Below, piece after piece: positions 56,337-64,000 of a DNA stretch of 64,000 nucleotides (the first letter of the stretch is position 1; each line of letters begins with the position of its first letter). Source of the DNA: a virus (taxonomy: Duplodnaviria > Caudoviricetes). The translations under genes and the position numbers were made by a program. Where the stretch lies: positions 1 through 64,000 of IMG/VR virus record IMGVR_UViG_3300049182_000044; one strand, 5' to 3'. A model generated the notes under the pieces. That model was not told the DNA's origin and did no database searches. It worked only from the letters and a program-made list of their open reading frames with translations.

Positions 56337-59300
56337 ATGCCTGCCTATAAATATACAACCTTTGAGTATCAGTTCGGAGGCTCGTTTGCAGAGGTGTCTG
56401 ATTCCTACGGCTATGTCAAACTCCCGTATCGTCAAGAGGCGAATACGAAGAAGATATTGTTCGTTCTGGATTTCGTACCTACTGAGGACTTGAAGTCGGG
56501 GAAATTGTTATCGGGTGAGACCGGTGACATCCTTGAGAACTTGATGATCGTAGCAAAAGATGTTTTCCTCAAGGATCAGTACGAGCCATTTTCATGGCTC
56601 GCCTGCACCTTTAACGCATTTCGGACGATGGGGAAGTCCAAGCAGTTTCAAGATCAAGCACGAGAAGCTTTCGCAGACCGTGTTAAGGCTTTGATTGTCA
56701 AATACAAGCCGGATGTAGTTGTTGCATTCGGAGCACAGCCGATACGTGCATTGCTCCCCAAGAAGGTAGAACTGAGCCGTGGCCGCCTAGCCAACTGGTA
56801 TGGTGTGCCGATCAAATCGACCATCAAGACCGACAAGGGCGAGCACAAGTGTCGCATCATGCCTACACTGTCTCTCAATCCACTATCGAGTGGTGACAGT
56901 GCAGCACCTTCGATCATGGGTTACATGGCTCGCAATCTTGCGAATGCAATAAATGGCAAGCTGATGTACGCCATTGACGCAGACGAGATTGAGAATCACA
57001 AGTCCGTGCTGATCGACACGATCAAAAAGTTCGACAAGATGATGGACATGCTCGCTGAGCAGAAAGTCGTCTCAATCGACACGGAGGACGAAGGCCTGCT
57101 CAAGGTCACCAACCGAGTGCTGACAGTTCAGTTCGCGAAGTGTACCAAGTTCGGTTACGTGCTTCCATACCTGCACAAGGACACACCGTTCGATGGCAAG
57201 GAACTGAATTACATCCAGCAACGCTTGTGTGCCTTCTTTGAGGGCGAGAACAAGAACGACTATCACGTTTATGCCAACGCGCAGTTCGACTTGAACGTGA
57301 TGCGTACTGCGTTCAAGACATCCTACATGGCGAATCGAGTGTGGGATATCTTCGCAGGTGAGTATGGCCTGGACGAGAACATGAAGTTCCTCCAAGCAGT
57401 CACCGGCGACTATTACTACTCGTTGGGTAATCTCTCGACGCAGTACGGCTTCGACGGCTATTTGAAGGCAGCGTTCGGTAAGGAAGATCGTAAGAACATA
57501 TCCAAGCATGATCTGAATGACGACCTCGTTCGATACATGACACTGGACGTTGTGGTGCCGTTTGCAATTCACCTGAAGCAGCAAGAGCAGGCAATACGGC
57601 TCGGACACGGCAAGTACAACTCGTTGGTGAGTGAGCAGTTGAGTGACTTGATTCACGGCTTCTCGCGTATGGAAACAGTAGGCTCCGGCTTGGATGTCAA
57701 CTACTTGTTCCACTTGCGCACACCTGCATCGCCAATCGAGAAGGTCATTAACGAAATGACCTCGGACTTGATGAACACTCCGGCGGTCAAAGAAGCGAAC
57801 AAACTGCTGCTCAAGAAGGAAGGCATTCCCGAGAAGATGGGTGGCTGGGCAGCACAAGGAGCAACGACGCAGAAGTTCTCGTTGCGTACCGATGCTCACA
57901 AGAAGCTGCTGTTCTTCAATGTGCTTGGCCTCGAACCGATTTCGTTCGGTAAGGCAAAGGAAGGCGGCCAAGGCGCTGGTAAGCTCGACAAGCACTTCCA
58001 GAAGCATTACGAGAACATACCCGAAGTCAAGATGTACACAGCGTTGGGTAAGGCGAAGAAGCTCAAGACTGCATACGTCAACAACTTCCTCAAGCTGCTG
58101 GCATCAGACGCCGACTTCAAGTCAGACTATCGCATTCGACCCAACTACAACTATTTGGGCGTTGTGACGGGACGTACCTCAGCGTCAGATCCGAACTTGC
58201 AACAGATTCCGGCACACTCGGAGCTGGGCAAGCACATCAAGCGTTTGTTCGTTGCACGCCCAGGCTTCCTCTACATCAAGGTCGACTATCGCGTACACGA
58301 AGTTCGTGGTTGGGGTTTGATCTCGTTCGACCGCGCATTGGCCTCGGTGTTCCAGGCAGCAAAGAACTTGCGCGATGCGTATCGTCTGCATCCTACCGCA
58401 GAGATGGCCAAGCGTTTGAAGTATGAGGCAGACATTCACATTATCAACGCAGCCTACTTCTTCACGGTTGCAATTGAGAAGGTGGACAAGCCGCTGCGTA
58501 ATGCTGTTAAGGGTGTTATCTTCGGTTTGATTTATCAGATGTCGATTAAGTCCTTGGCAAAGACGCTGAACAAAGAGCTGGAGTTCACGAAGAAGCTGGT
58601 GAAGGACTTCAACAAGCGTTTCCCGGCAGGTATGAAGTGGATCGAGACTTGCAAGAAGTTTGCGCAAGAGCATCTGTACTACGAGAATCCACTGGGCTTC
58701 CGTCGTCACTTGTGGGGCTATCTCCTGCCAGAGTCTACGCAAAACGGCAGCAAAGTACACGCAGAGATGGATCGCCGTGCAGTGAACTCACCGATTCAAG
58801 GTATGTGTGCGCAGTTCATGGCAATCGGTTCGCGTCAGCTCGACAAGATGGTGTTCGATCTGCGTAAGGCCAAGAAGCGTGTGATGAAGCTGTTCATCAA
58901 CAACTCGGTGCATGACTCGCTCGAAAACGAAGTGGCGTACAAGGACTTCATCCTCGGACTGGACTACGTCGAACAGGCGTTGACCACCAAGGTGCGTGAA
59001 GAGGTAGCACGCCGTCATGGTTTCGAGTTCGTAGTTGACCTCGAGATCGACTTTGAAATCGGTGCAGCGCTGTCGCAAGTGCAAGCATGGGACTTCTCGG
59101 TGCCTGAATTGGAGCGTATCGTCAAAGATGCTCTGGTCTTCCAACGTGACGAACTGAAGTACGATGTGAACGTTGACAGTGCTTTGAAGAAGATCTTCAG
59201 CCAGAAGGAGGACATGCCGACTTGGATGACGAAGCAGATCAAGAACATCGGCTACAAGTTCGACTACGAAAAGACTCCTGAAGAGCGCGCTGCAGAAGCG

Positions 59301-59420
59301 AAGGCTAAGGCAAAGGCTGAAGCGAAAGCCAAGGCAGAAGCCGAAGCAAAGGCCGAGGCTGAAGCTAAAGCGAAAGCAAAAGATGGAAAAGGAAAGGAAG
59401 AAAAAGCTAAGAAGAAGTGA
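56337..59420 (+). CDS. polA: Family A DNA polymerase with N-terminal UDG-like domain and 3'-5' exonuclease
   Basis: SIDTE, NAQFD, YMTLD; TGRTSASDPNLQQIP, VDYRVHEVR, RNAVKGVIFGLIY, VHDS. N-terminus KILFV..PDVVVAFG is UDG family 4-like. C-terminus is an AEAKAK repeat. Confidence 0.92.
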   Translation: MPAYKYTTFEYQFGGSFAEVSDSYGYVKLPYRQEANTKKILFVLDFVPTEDLKSGKLLSGETGDILENLMIVAKDVFLKDQYEPFSWLACTFNAFRTMGKSKQFQDQAREAFADRVKALIVKYKPDVVVAFGAQPIRALLPKKVELSRGRLANWYGVPIKSTIKTDKGEHKCRIMPTLSLNPLSSGDSAAPSIMGYMARNLANAINGKLMYAIDADEIENHKSVLIDTIKKFDKMMDMLAEQKVVSIDTEDEGLLKVTNRVLTVQFAKCTKFGYVLPYLHKDTPFDGKELNYIQQRLCAFFEGENKNDYHVYANAQFDLNVMRTAFKTSYMANRVWDIFAGEYGLDENMKFLQAVTGDYYYSLGNLSTQYGFDGYLKAAFGKEDRKNISKHDLNDDLVRYMTLDVVVPFAIHLKQQEQAIRLGHGKYNSLVSEQLSDLIHGFSRMETVGSGLDVNYLFHLRTPASPIEKVINEMTSDLMNTPAVKEANKLLLKKEGIPEKMGGWAAQGATTQKFSLRTDAHKKLLFFNVLGLEPISFGKAKEGGQGAGKLDKHFQKHYENIPEVKMYTALGKAKKLKTAYVNNFLKLLASDADFKSDYRIRPNYNYLGVVTGRTSASDPNLQQIPAHSELGKHIKRLFVARPGFLYIKVDYRVHEVRGWGLISFDRALASVFQAAKNLRDAYRLHPTAEMAKRLKYEADIHIINAAYFFTVAIEKVDKPLRNAVKGVIFGLIYQMSIKSLAKTLNKELEFTKKLVKDFNKRFPAGMKWIETCKKFAQEHLYYENPLGFRRHLWGYLLPESTQNGSKVHAEMDRRAVNSPIQGMCAQFMAIGSRQLDKMVFDLRKAKKRVMKLFINNSVHDSLENEVAYKDFILGLDYVEQALTTKVREEVARRHGFEFVVDLEIDFEIGAALSQVQAWDFSVPELERIVKDALVFQRDELKYDVNVDSALKKIFSQKEDMPTWMTKQIKNIGYKFDYEKTPEERAAEAKAKAKAEAKAKAEAEAKAEAEAKAKAKDGKGKEEKAKKK

Positions 59421-59694
59421 CGGCCCAAGGGTTGTGCATCATAAACGAGAGCCTTTCGACGTATTCATCGCACGTCCTAGCAAGTGGTCGAATCCATTTC
59501 GCATAGGCGTGCATGGTACTCGCAAAGAAGTGATTCAAATGTACCGTGAATGGATCGTGCAGCAGCCAGAACTTATGGCCAGTCTGCATGAGCTTCGTGG
59601 GAAGACTCTTGGATGCTGGTGCCACCCTAAGCGTTGTCACGGCGAAGTGCTAGTCGAATTAGCTAATCGCCCAATCGCTCCCTGGCTAAGATAA
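59383..59694 (+). CDS. DUF4326 protein
   Basis: DVFIARPSKWSNPF..LRGKTLGCWCHPKRCHGEVL. Confidence 0.85.
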   Translation: MEKERKKKLRRSDGPRVVHHKREPFDVFIARPSKWSNPFRIGVHGTRKEVIQMYREWIVQQPELMASLHELRGKTLGCWCHPKRCHGEVLVELANRPIAPWLR

Positions 59695-59698
59695 TCTT

Positions 59699-61057
59699 AT
59701 GAGACAACTACATACTGAAAAAGATGGTATCACTTACATCGACGACATACCGTTCAATGAAGTGAAATGGTACTACATGGCTCCAGTTCCGGATCGCGCT
59801 GCGTTGCAAGAGCCGCCAGAAGGCACTGAGTTCGCCATGTGCAACGATATGTCGAAACGCACGACCCATCCTGGAAGCTTCTTCGTCTGGATTTATCAGA
59901 ACGGGAAGTGGTCTGATATTTCGATTGAAATCGTCCGCAACATCCCCGATTTCATGTCGTACAACGCTGGCGAATGCCCGTGTGGGATCAAACGGCATAC
60001 CGGCATGATCGCTGGGCCTGCGGTACACAACACCGGCCCTCGCGGTACGTTCGGAGGACTGATTCACATCGACGATGCATGGGCATGCGGTCAGGATCAG
60101 ATGTGTAAAGAGAACGTAGATAACACCCGAACAAAGGAACCACAAATGACAATGCCGAGTGATGAAGAACTCGAATTGAACGAGCCGGAAAAGCGTCTGC
60201 GCATCTCCGAAGCATTTTACTCCATCGAAGGTGAAGGCCCGCTTACTGGTGTGCCTACCGTTTTCATCCGCACGTTCGGATGTAACTTCACCTGCTCCGG
60301 TTTCAGCAATCCGACTGGTCAGAAGGTCATTCCGATCAAGATCGACACTTTGCAGAAATTCAAATCGACGGTCGGTTGCGATTCCATCTATTCGTGGCAT
60401 CCGGATTACAAAGACCTCTCTCAGTGGCATACGATCTCGCAACTGGCATCGCACGTAGTTGAAGGATTGCTGCCCGGCGGCAAGGTATTGAATCCCCGCA
60501 CAGGTCAATCGCCCATCCTTTCGTTGACGGGCGGTGAACCGACAATGCACCAGGACGCGATCATTCAGTTGATTAACCATCCGATGATGCAGGACTTCGA
60601 CAAGCTGCTGATCGAAACCAATGCGGCATTCCCGTTGAAGGACGAGTTCATCGAAGGCCTCAATGTGTGGAAAGAGAAGGGTCGTGAGCGTCTTATTATC
60701 TGGGCCTGTTCGCCTAAGCTGAGCATTAGTGGTGAACCGCGTCACAAGGCGATTCGCCCGGAGATCATCGCCGCTCAAATGCAGGTGCGCGATAGTCTCC
60801 ACTATCTCAAGTTCGTTAGTGACGGGTCTACGGAGTCGTTTGAGGAAATCGTTGACACTGTAAAAGAGTACAATGATTACTTGTCGAACTTCATGATGGA
60901 ACTCGATCCGCATTCGATCTACGTCATGCCGATGGGTGCCACCCACGAACAACAAATGGAGATACAGCGCAAGGTCGCAGACAAGTGCCTCGAATACGGG
61001 TACAGCTTCTGCATTCGCGCTCACTGCTTCGTCTATAACAATGAGGTAGGGACATAA
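59699..61057 (+). CDS. queE: 7-carboxy-7-deazaguanine synthase (radical SAM) with a 149-aa N-terminal extension or internal start at 60146
   Basis: ISEAFYSIEGEG..GVPTVFIRTFGCNFTC..GCDS, LTGGEP, IETN, CSPK, LKFV, YVMP. Confidence 0.88.
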   Translation: MRQLHTEKDGITYIDDIPFNEVKWYYMAPVPDRAALQEPPEGTEFAMCNDMSKRTTHPGSFFVWIYQNGKWSDISIEIVRNIPDFMSYNAGECPCGIKRHTGMIAGPAVHNTGPRGTFGGLIHIDDAWACGQDQMCKENVDNTRTKEPQMTMPSDEELELNEPEKRLRISEAFYSIEGEGPLTGVPTVFIRTFGCNFTCSGFSNPTGQKVIPIKIDTLQKFKSTVGCDSIYSWHPDYKDLSQWHTISQLASHVVEGLLPGGKVLNPRTGQSPILSLTGGEPTMHQDAIIQLINHPMMQDFDKLLIETNAAFPLKDEFIEGLNVWKEKGRERLIIWACSPKLSISGEPRHKAIRPEIIAAQMQVRDSLHYLKFVSDGSTESFEEIVDTVKEYNDYLSNFMMELDPHSIYVMPMGATHEQQMEIQRKVADKCLEYGYSFCIRAHCFVYNNEVGT

Positions 61058-61545
61058 TGCCAGTCGATGACGTTGAGTTAGAGGACATGACCGTTGCGGA
61101 GAAGAAGCTCTTTTTCGATGGGGCCCCTTTCTCAGCGCATCGCATCATTTTGTCGACTGGTCTGTCATTGGCCATGAACTCGCTCACGCCGAAATTCTTG
61201 CCGATGTTTCAGACCGAACAGGCGGATATGATGGAGCAGTTTTGTAAGGTGGCGTTGAAGGTAGATAAGCGTCACTGGGACTTTTTCGATTTGTTGATCG
61301 AGACCTTCCACTTGTTCTACAACTGCTTATCTATGTCAACAGGCCCGATTGAGCCTGCAGTGCGAGAGCGTTTAATCATCGTCTATAACGAGCGCCTGAC
61401 GATGAACTTCTATGTCTCTCCTGACAAGGCATTGACGTTAATGGCAGACCTGCTTCCCATCGAAGTGTATCAAGATCCTTACCGCACGGATAAGTTCAAA
61501 GCATCCCGTGTGGCATTTGAATCAATTCTCAACCCCGTACATTGA
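61057..61545 (+). CDS. Hypothetical protein
   Basis: TAATG-coupled to queE. Confidence 0.7.
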   Translation: MPVDDVELEDMTVAEKKLFFDGAPFSAHRIILSTGLSLAMNSLTPKFLPMFQTEQADMMEQFCKVALKVDKRHWDFFDLLIETFHLFYNCLSMSTGPIEPAVRERLIIVYNERLTMNFYVSPDKALTLMADLLPIEVYQDPYRTDKFKASRVAFESILNPVH

Positions 61546-61554
61546 AAGACCAAC

Positions 61555-62754
61555 ATGACTCTCAAGATCGCATTGAACGAGGATATCAAGAAATTCTCGT
61601 TCTCCATGGCTGCAAAAGACCTCGATGCAGCGATCTCCCGTGCAGGCAACGTGATCGCATCTGCCGGCTCTAATGTGAAGAACTTTATCCTTGCAGGCAG
61701 CGAAGGCAAGGTGCTTCTATTAGCATATAACCCCGACACCTACGTACTGATGCGCCTAAATGGCAAGTCGAAGGGTGAAGGCTCGTTCGGCTTCTCGAAC
61801 ACGACGCTCCAGGGCGTTATCAAAGGCCGTGGTGACATGGAGTTCGAGTTCAACGGTTCGGAGTTCGAGTTCAAACAAACCAAGGGCAAGTACGCCGGCA
61901 AGATTCTCACGACGCCTGTTACGTCCGATCAGATTTCGATCATCAATACCAAGTTCGCAGAGATCAAGAAGAAGTCCAAGGACAAAGAGAAGCTCAAGCT
62001 GCATGCTCCGGCGCCTTCGGTTCTCCCGCGTGATGTGCTGAACGTCCTGAAAGAAGGTGTTCGCCTCACGGGCATCAAGGATGTGTACACTGATACTGCG
62101 CTGCTGAACTACATGCAGCTGAACGAGAAGGGCATCTTGACTGTTTCAGCGTTCGACAATCATCACTTCGGCTACTACAAGTGCAAGGTGGACGCAGGCG
62201 GCATGACGTTCAAGGCAGCGCTCCCGTCGTCCCACTTCCTTATCATCGACCGCATGGTTGAGGGCACTGAAGCAACGTTCCATGTTATGAACGAGAGCAT
62301 TCGCGTCGAAGGCGAGGACTTCACTCTGATCCTCCCAGGCACTCAGGCAGACGAAAAGAGCTTCGGCCTGATCGCGTCGTACATCAAGGAACTGGACAAG
62401 GCAGACTTCGCAGCGACCTACGATAATGACAAGCTGCTTTCGGTCGTGGACAATCTGTTCACACTGCATTCGGTGAACACTTCGTTCGAGATCAGTCACA
62501 AAGCCAAGGGCACGAATTTGCGCGTTGACTTTAACACCGCAAATGGCTCGGCGAACGATGCCGTGAAGGTTGCTCCAACGGTGTCGAACGACATTAAGGC
62601 GAAGGTCGAGCCGAAGATTCTGAAGGACATCCTTGGTCTGTTCAAAGGCCAGAAGGAAGCTACATTCAGCGTCATCAAAGACAAGGTGATTCGCCTCGAC
62701 GCGAAGACCAAGTCGAATGCAACGGTCACACTCGTTAGTGCGCTGTCCAGCTAA
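61555..62754 (+). CDS. dnaN: DNA sliding clamp (beta-clamp/DnaN-like)
   Basis: About 400 aa with a three-repeat alpha/beta pattern; SAFDNHHF resembles ATDGHRL and EPKILKDIL resembles NxxYLxDxL. Confidence 0.65.
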   Translation: MTLKIALNEDIKKFSFSMAAKDLDAAISRAGNVIASAGSNVKNFILAGSEGKVLLLAYNPDTYVLMRLNGKSKGEGSFGFSNTTLQGVIKGRGDMEFEFNGSEFEFKQTKGKYAGKILTTPVTSDQISIINTKFAEIKKKSKDKEKLKLHAPAPSVLPRDVLNVLKEGVRLTGIKDVYTDTALLNYMQLNEKGILTVSAFDNHHFGYYKCKVDAGGMTFKAALPSSHFLIIDRMVEGTEATFHVMNESIRVEGEDFTLILPGTQADEKSFGLIASYIKELDKADFAATYDNDKLLSVVDNLFTLHSVNTSFEISHKAKGTNLRVDFNTANGSANDAVKVAPTVSNDIKAKVEPKILKDILGLFKGQKEATFSVIKDKVIRLDAKTKSNATVTLVSALSS

Positions 62755-62756
62755 TC

Positions 62757-63377
62757 ATGAGTGGCCAACGCCGCGTACAAGGTGCCGATGGTAACCCCGT
62801 CGGCATTCATCCAGATAGCACAGGCTGGACAGAAACCTATCCGAAAGCCGTATCGGAGGGCATATCCGAGTGGGTGCAGAAATCACAAACCGGCCTAAAC
62901 GAAAACTACCCGATTATTGGCAGAGAAGCTGCCGCAAAATGGATGCACCAGATGAAAGCACAAATCGAACCCGGAAGCACGACGCTGTATTCTGAAAAGG
63001 GCCGCCTCGAAGTTGATCCTAAGACCTTCGATTGGCCGATTGACACCTCTAAGGCAGAAGTGAGCCTCAACGTATCCGTTGAAATGCTGGCCGAAGCCCC
63101 GTGCGATCATGAGCACAAGGAAGGCGAAGAACACCACCATGGCACCACCACGATCCGTTACGCAATCAGTGACGATGGTAAGCTCGTATTCGAGACAGTA
63201 CCACCCGGTGGTTCGTTTGCGGTGACATTCCCGTATTCGCATCCTGAAGAGCGCCACATGCAGCATCAAATCAATGAGCTTCGCCGCATCAATAAGGTGC
63301 GTCCGGCTATTGATCGCAGCAAGGTGAAGGCGAAGAAGAAACAAGCAGCAGCATCACGAAAGCGAAACAGGAAATGA
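62757..63377 (+). CDS. Hypothetical protein
   Basis: 206-aa coupled ORF with a His cluster and basic tail. Confidence 0.65.
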   Translation: MSGQRRVQGADGNPVGIHPDSTGWTETYPKAVSEGISEWVQKSQTGLNENYPIIGREAAAKWMHQMKAQIEPGSTTLYSEKGRLEVDPKTFDWPIDTSKAEVSLNVSVEMLAEAPCDHEHKEGEEHHHGTTTIRYAISDDGKLVFETVPPGGSFAVTFPYSHPEERHMQHQINELRRINKVRPAIDRSKVKAKKKQAAASRKRNRK

Positions 63378-63802
63378 GTTCACCTATTAAGTTCGATGAC
63401 AAGTTCGTGTTGCCGCATTACTCGACCAACAAGTTTATTCCACTTGGGCAACAACGCGGTAACAAAGGCATCACGCACACGTTGTTTCTAGGTAAGCAGC
63501 CGATTCATGCATCGTTCTTTGTAGGTGAACCAGTGACTATTACTGGTTACTGCTCGTATCGGCTGTTGTTCAACAATAACGAGAGCCTGCTGACAGGTGT
63601 TCTATTCCTGTCACCCAGTGCTCAAACAGTAGTGTCAGACTACACTCTTTCAGTAGGCAACAATCCCGCAGCGTTGCCTGAACACTTCGAGCCGTCCTTC
63701 ATCCTTGAGAACTCTGGCATCTTGGTATTCAAGGGTTCCGACAGCTCGATCCTCGCGATACCGAGTGAAGTGGATTCGTCGCTGCTAATCAAAACGGAGT
63801 AA
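63374..63802 (+). CDS. Hypothetical protein
   Basis: ATGA-coupled. Confidence 0.65.
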   Translation: MSSPIKFDDKFVLPHYSTNKFIPLGQQRGNKGITHTLFLGKQPIHASFFVGEPVTITGYCSYRLLFNNNESLLTGVLFLSPSAQTVVSDYTLSVGNNPAALPEHFEPSFILENSGILVFKGSDSSILAIPSEVDSSLLIKTE

Positions 63803-63805
63803 CAA

Positions 63806-64000
63806 ATGGCAGTTAGTCGAGACGTAGAATCGGTAGTGAAGGCAATGAAACGCGACAAGCGCTACAAACGCTTGAAAGAGGCGTTCGATACATTGCCCAT
63901 CTATCAACTCAAGATCGGGGCGTTGAACGATGAGCTGGCGAATTTGCACAAGATTCGTGAGATCAGACGGTTGAACGTCGCCGATCCTGCCTTCGTTGAT
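63806..64000 (+). CDS. Partial helical protein running off the window edge
   Basis: GGAG RBS; MAVSRDVESVVKAMKRDK.. with no stop before 64000. Confidence 0.6.
   Translation, partial: MAVSRDVESVVKAMKRDKRYKRLKEAFDTLPIYQLKIGALNDELANLHKIREIRRLNVADPAFVD

Noticed and set aside
59699-60145. GPRGTFGGLIHIDD resembling a terminase Walker B region
   Set aside because: No Walker A or other ATPase motifs; probably coincidental.
50202-61024. Long minus-strand ORFs opposite SNF2, polA and queE (578, 327, 311 and 438 aa)
   Set aside because: Fully overlap well-supported genes with strong codon bias; no recognisable domains.
1-64000. tRNA or rRNA genes, integrase, IS elements
   Set aside because: No cloverleaf, rRNA-like sequence, recombinase or transposase motifs were recognised by eye. 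A tRNAscan/Infernal run would be needed to exclude them formally.

Overview
The window is a densely coded piece of a large lytic dsDNA (jumbo) phage genome. By gene content and my recollection of protein families it resembles the phiRSL1/Lu11/PaBG-like myoviruses, which is an inference and not a database result. I found no rRNA, tRNA, CRISPR array, integrase or IS. Layout: (1) 2-25 kb, minus strand: replication and recombination genes (SbcD-like nuclease, 5'-3' exonuclease, DEDDh exonuclease, RecA, SSB, Cas4-like nuclease), a phage sigma factor, a J-domain protein and a divergent capsid-protein paralog. It also carries a compact operon of TGT/DpdA, a GT-A glycosyltransferase, a QueD-like (DpdL-type) protein, a GT-B glycosyltransferase and ManC, which suggests a sugar-decorated 7-deazaguanine DNA modification. 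(2) 25-30.5 kb: primase, RuvC-like resolvase and small ORFs. (3) 30.6-56 kb, plus strand: a late/virion block with two histone-H1-like proteins, neck and LamG proteins, about ten proteins sharing an N-terminal K-[VI]-x-[IV]-S-L-S-A motif, a Nudix hydrolase and a 1924-aa SNF2 ATPase. (4) 56-64 kb: UDG-like/PolA fusion, QueE and a beta-clamp. A recurring intergenic (C/A)TGTAAA(T) element points into downstream genes on both strands and is a candidate promoter for the phage sigma factor. All calls come from motif reading by eye and need HMM or structure confirmation.
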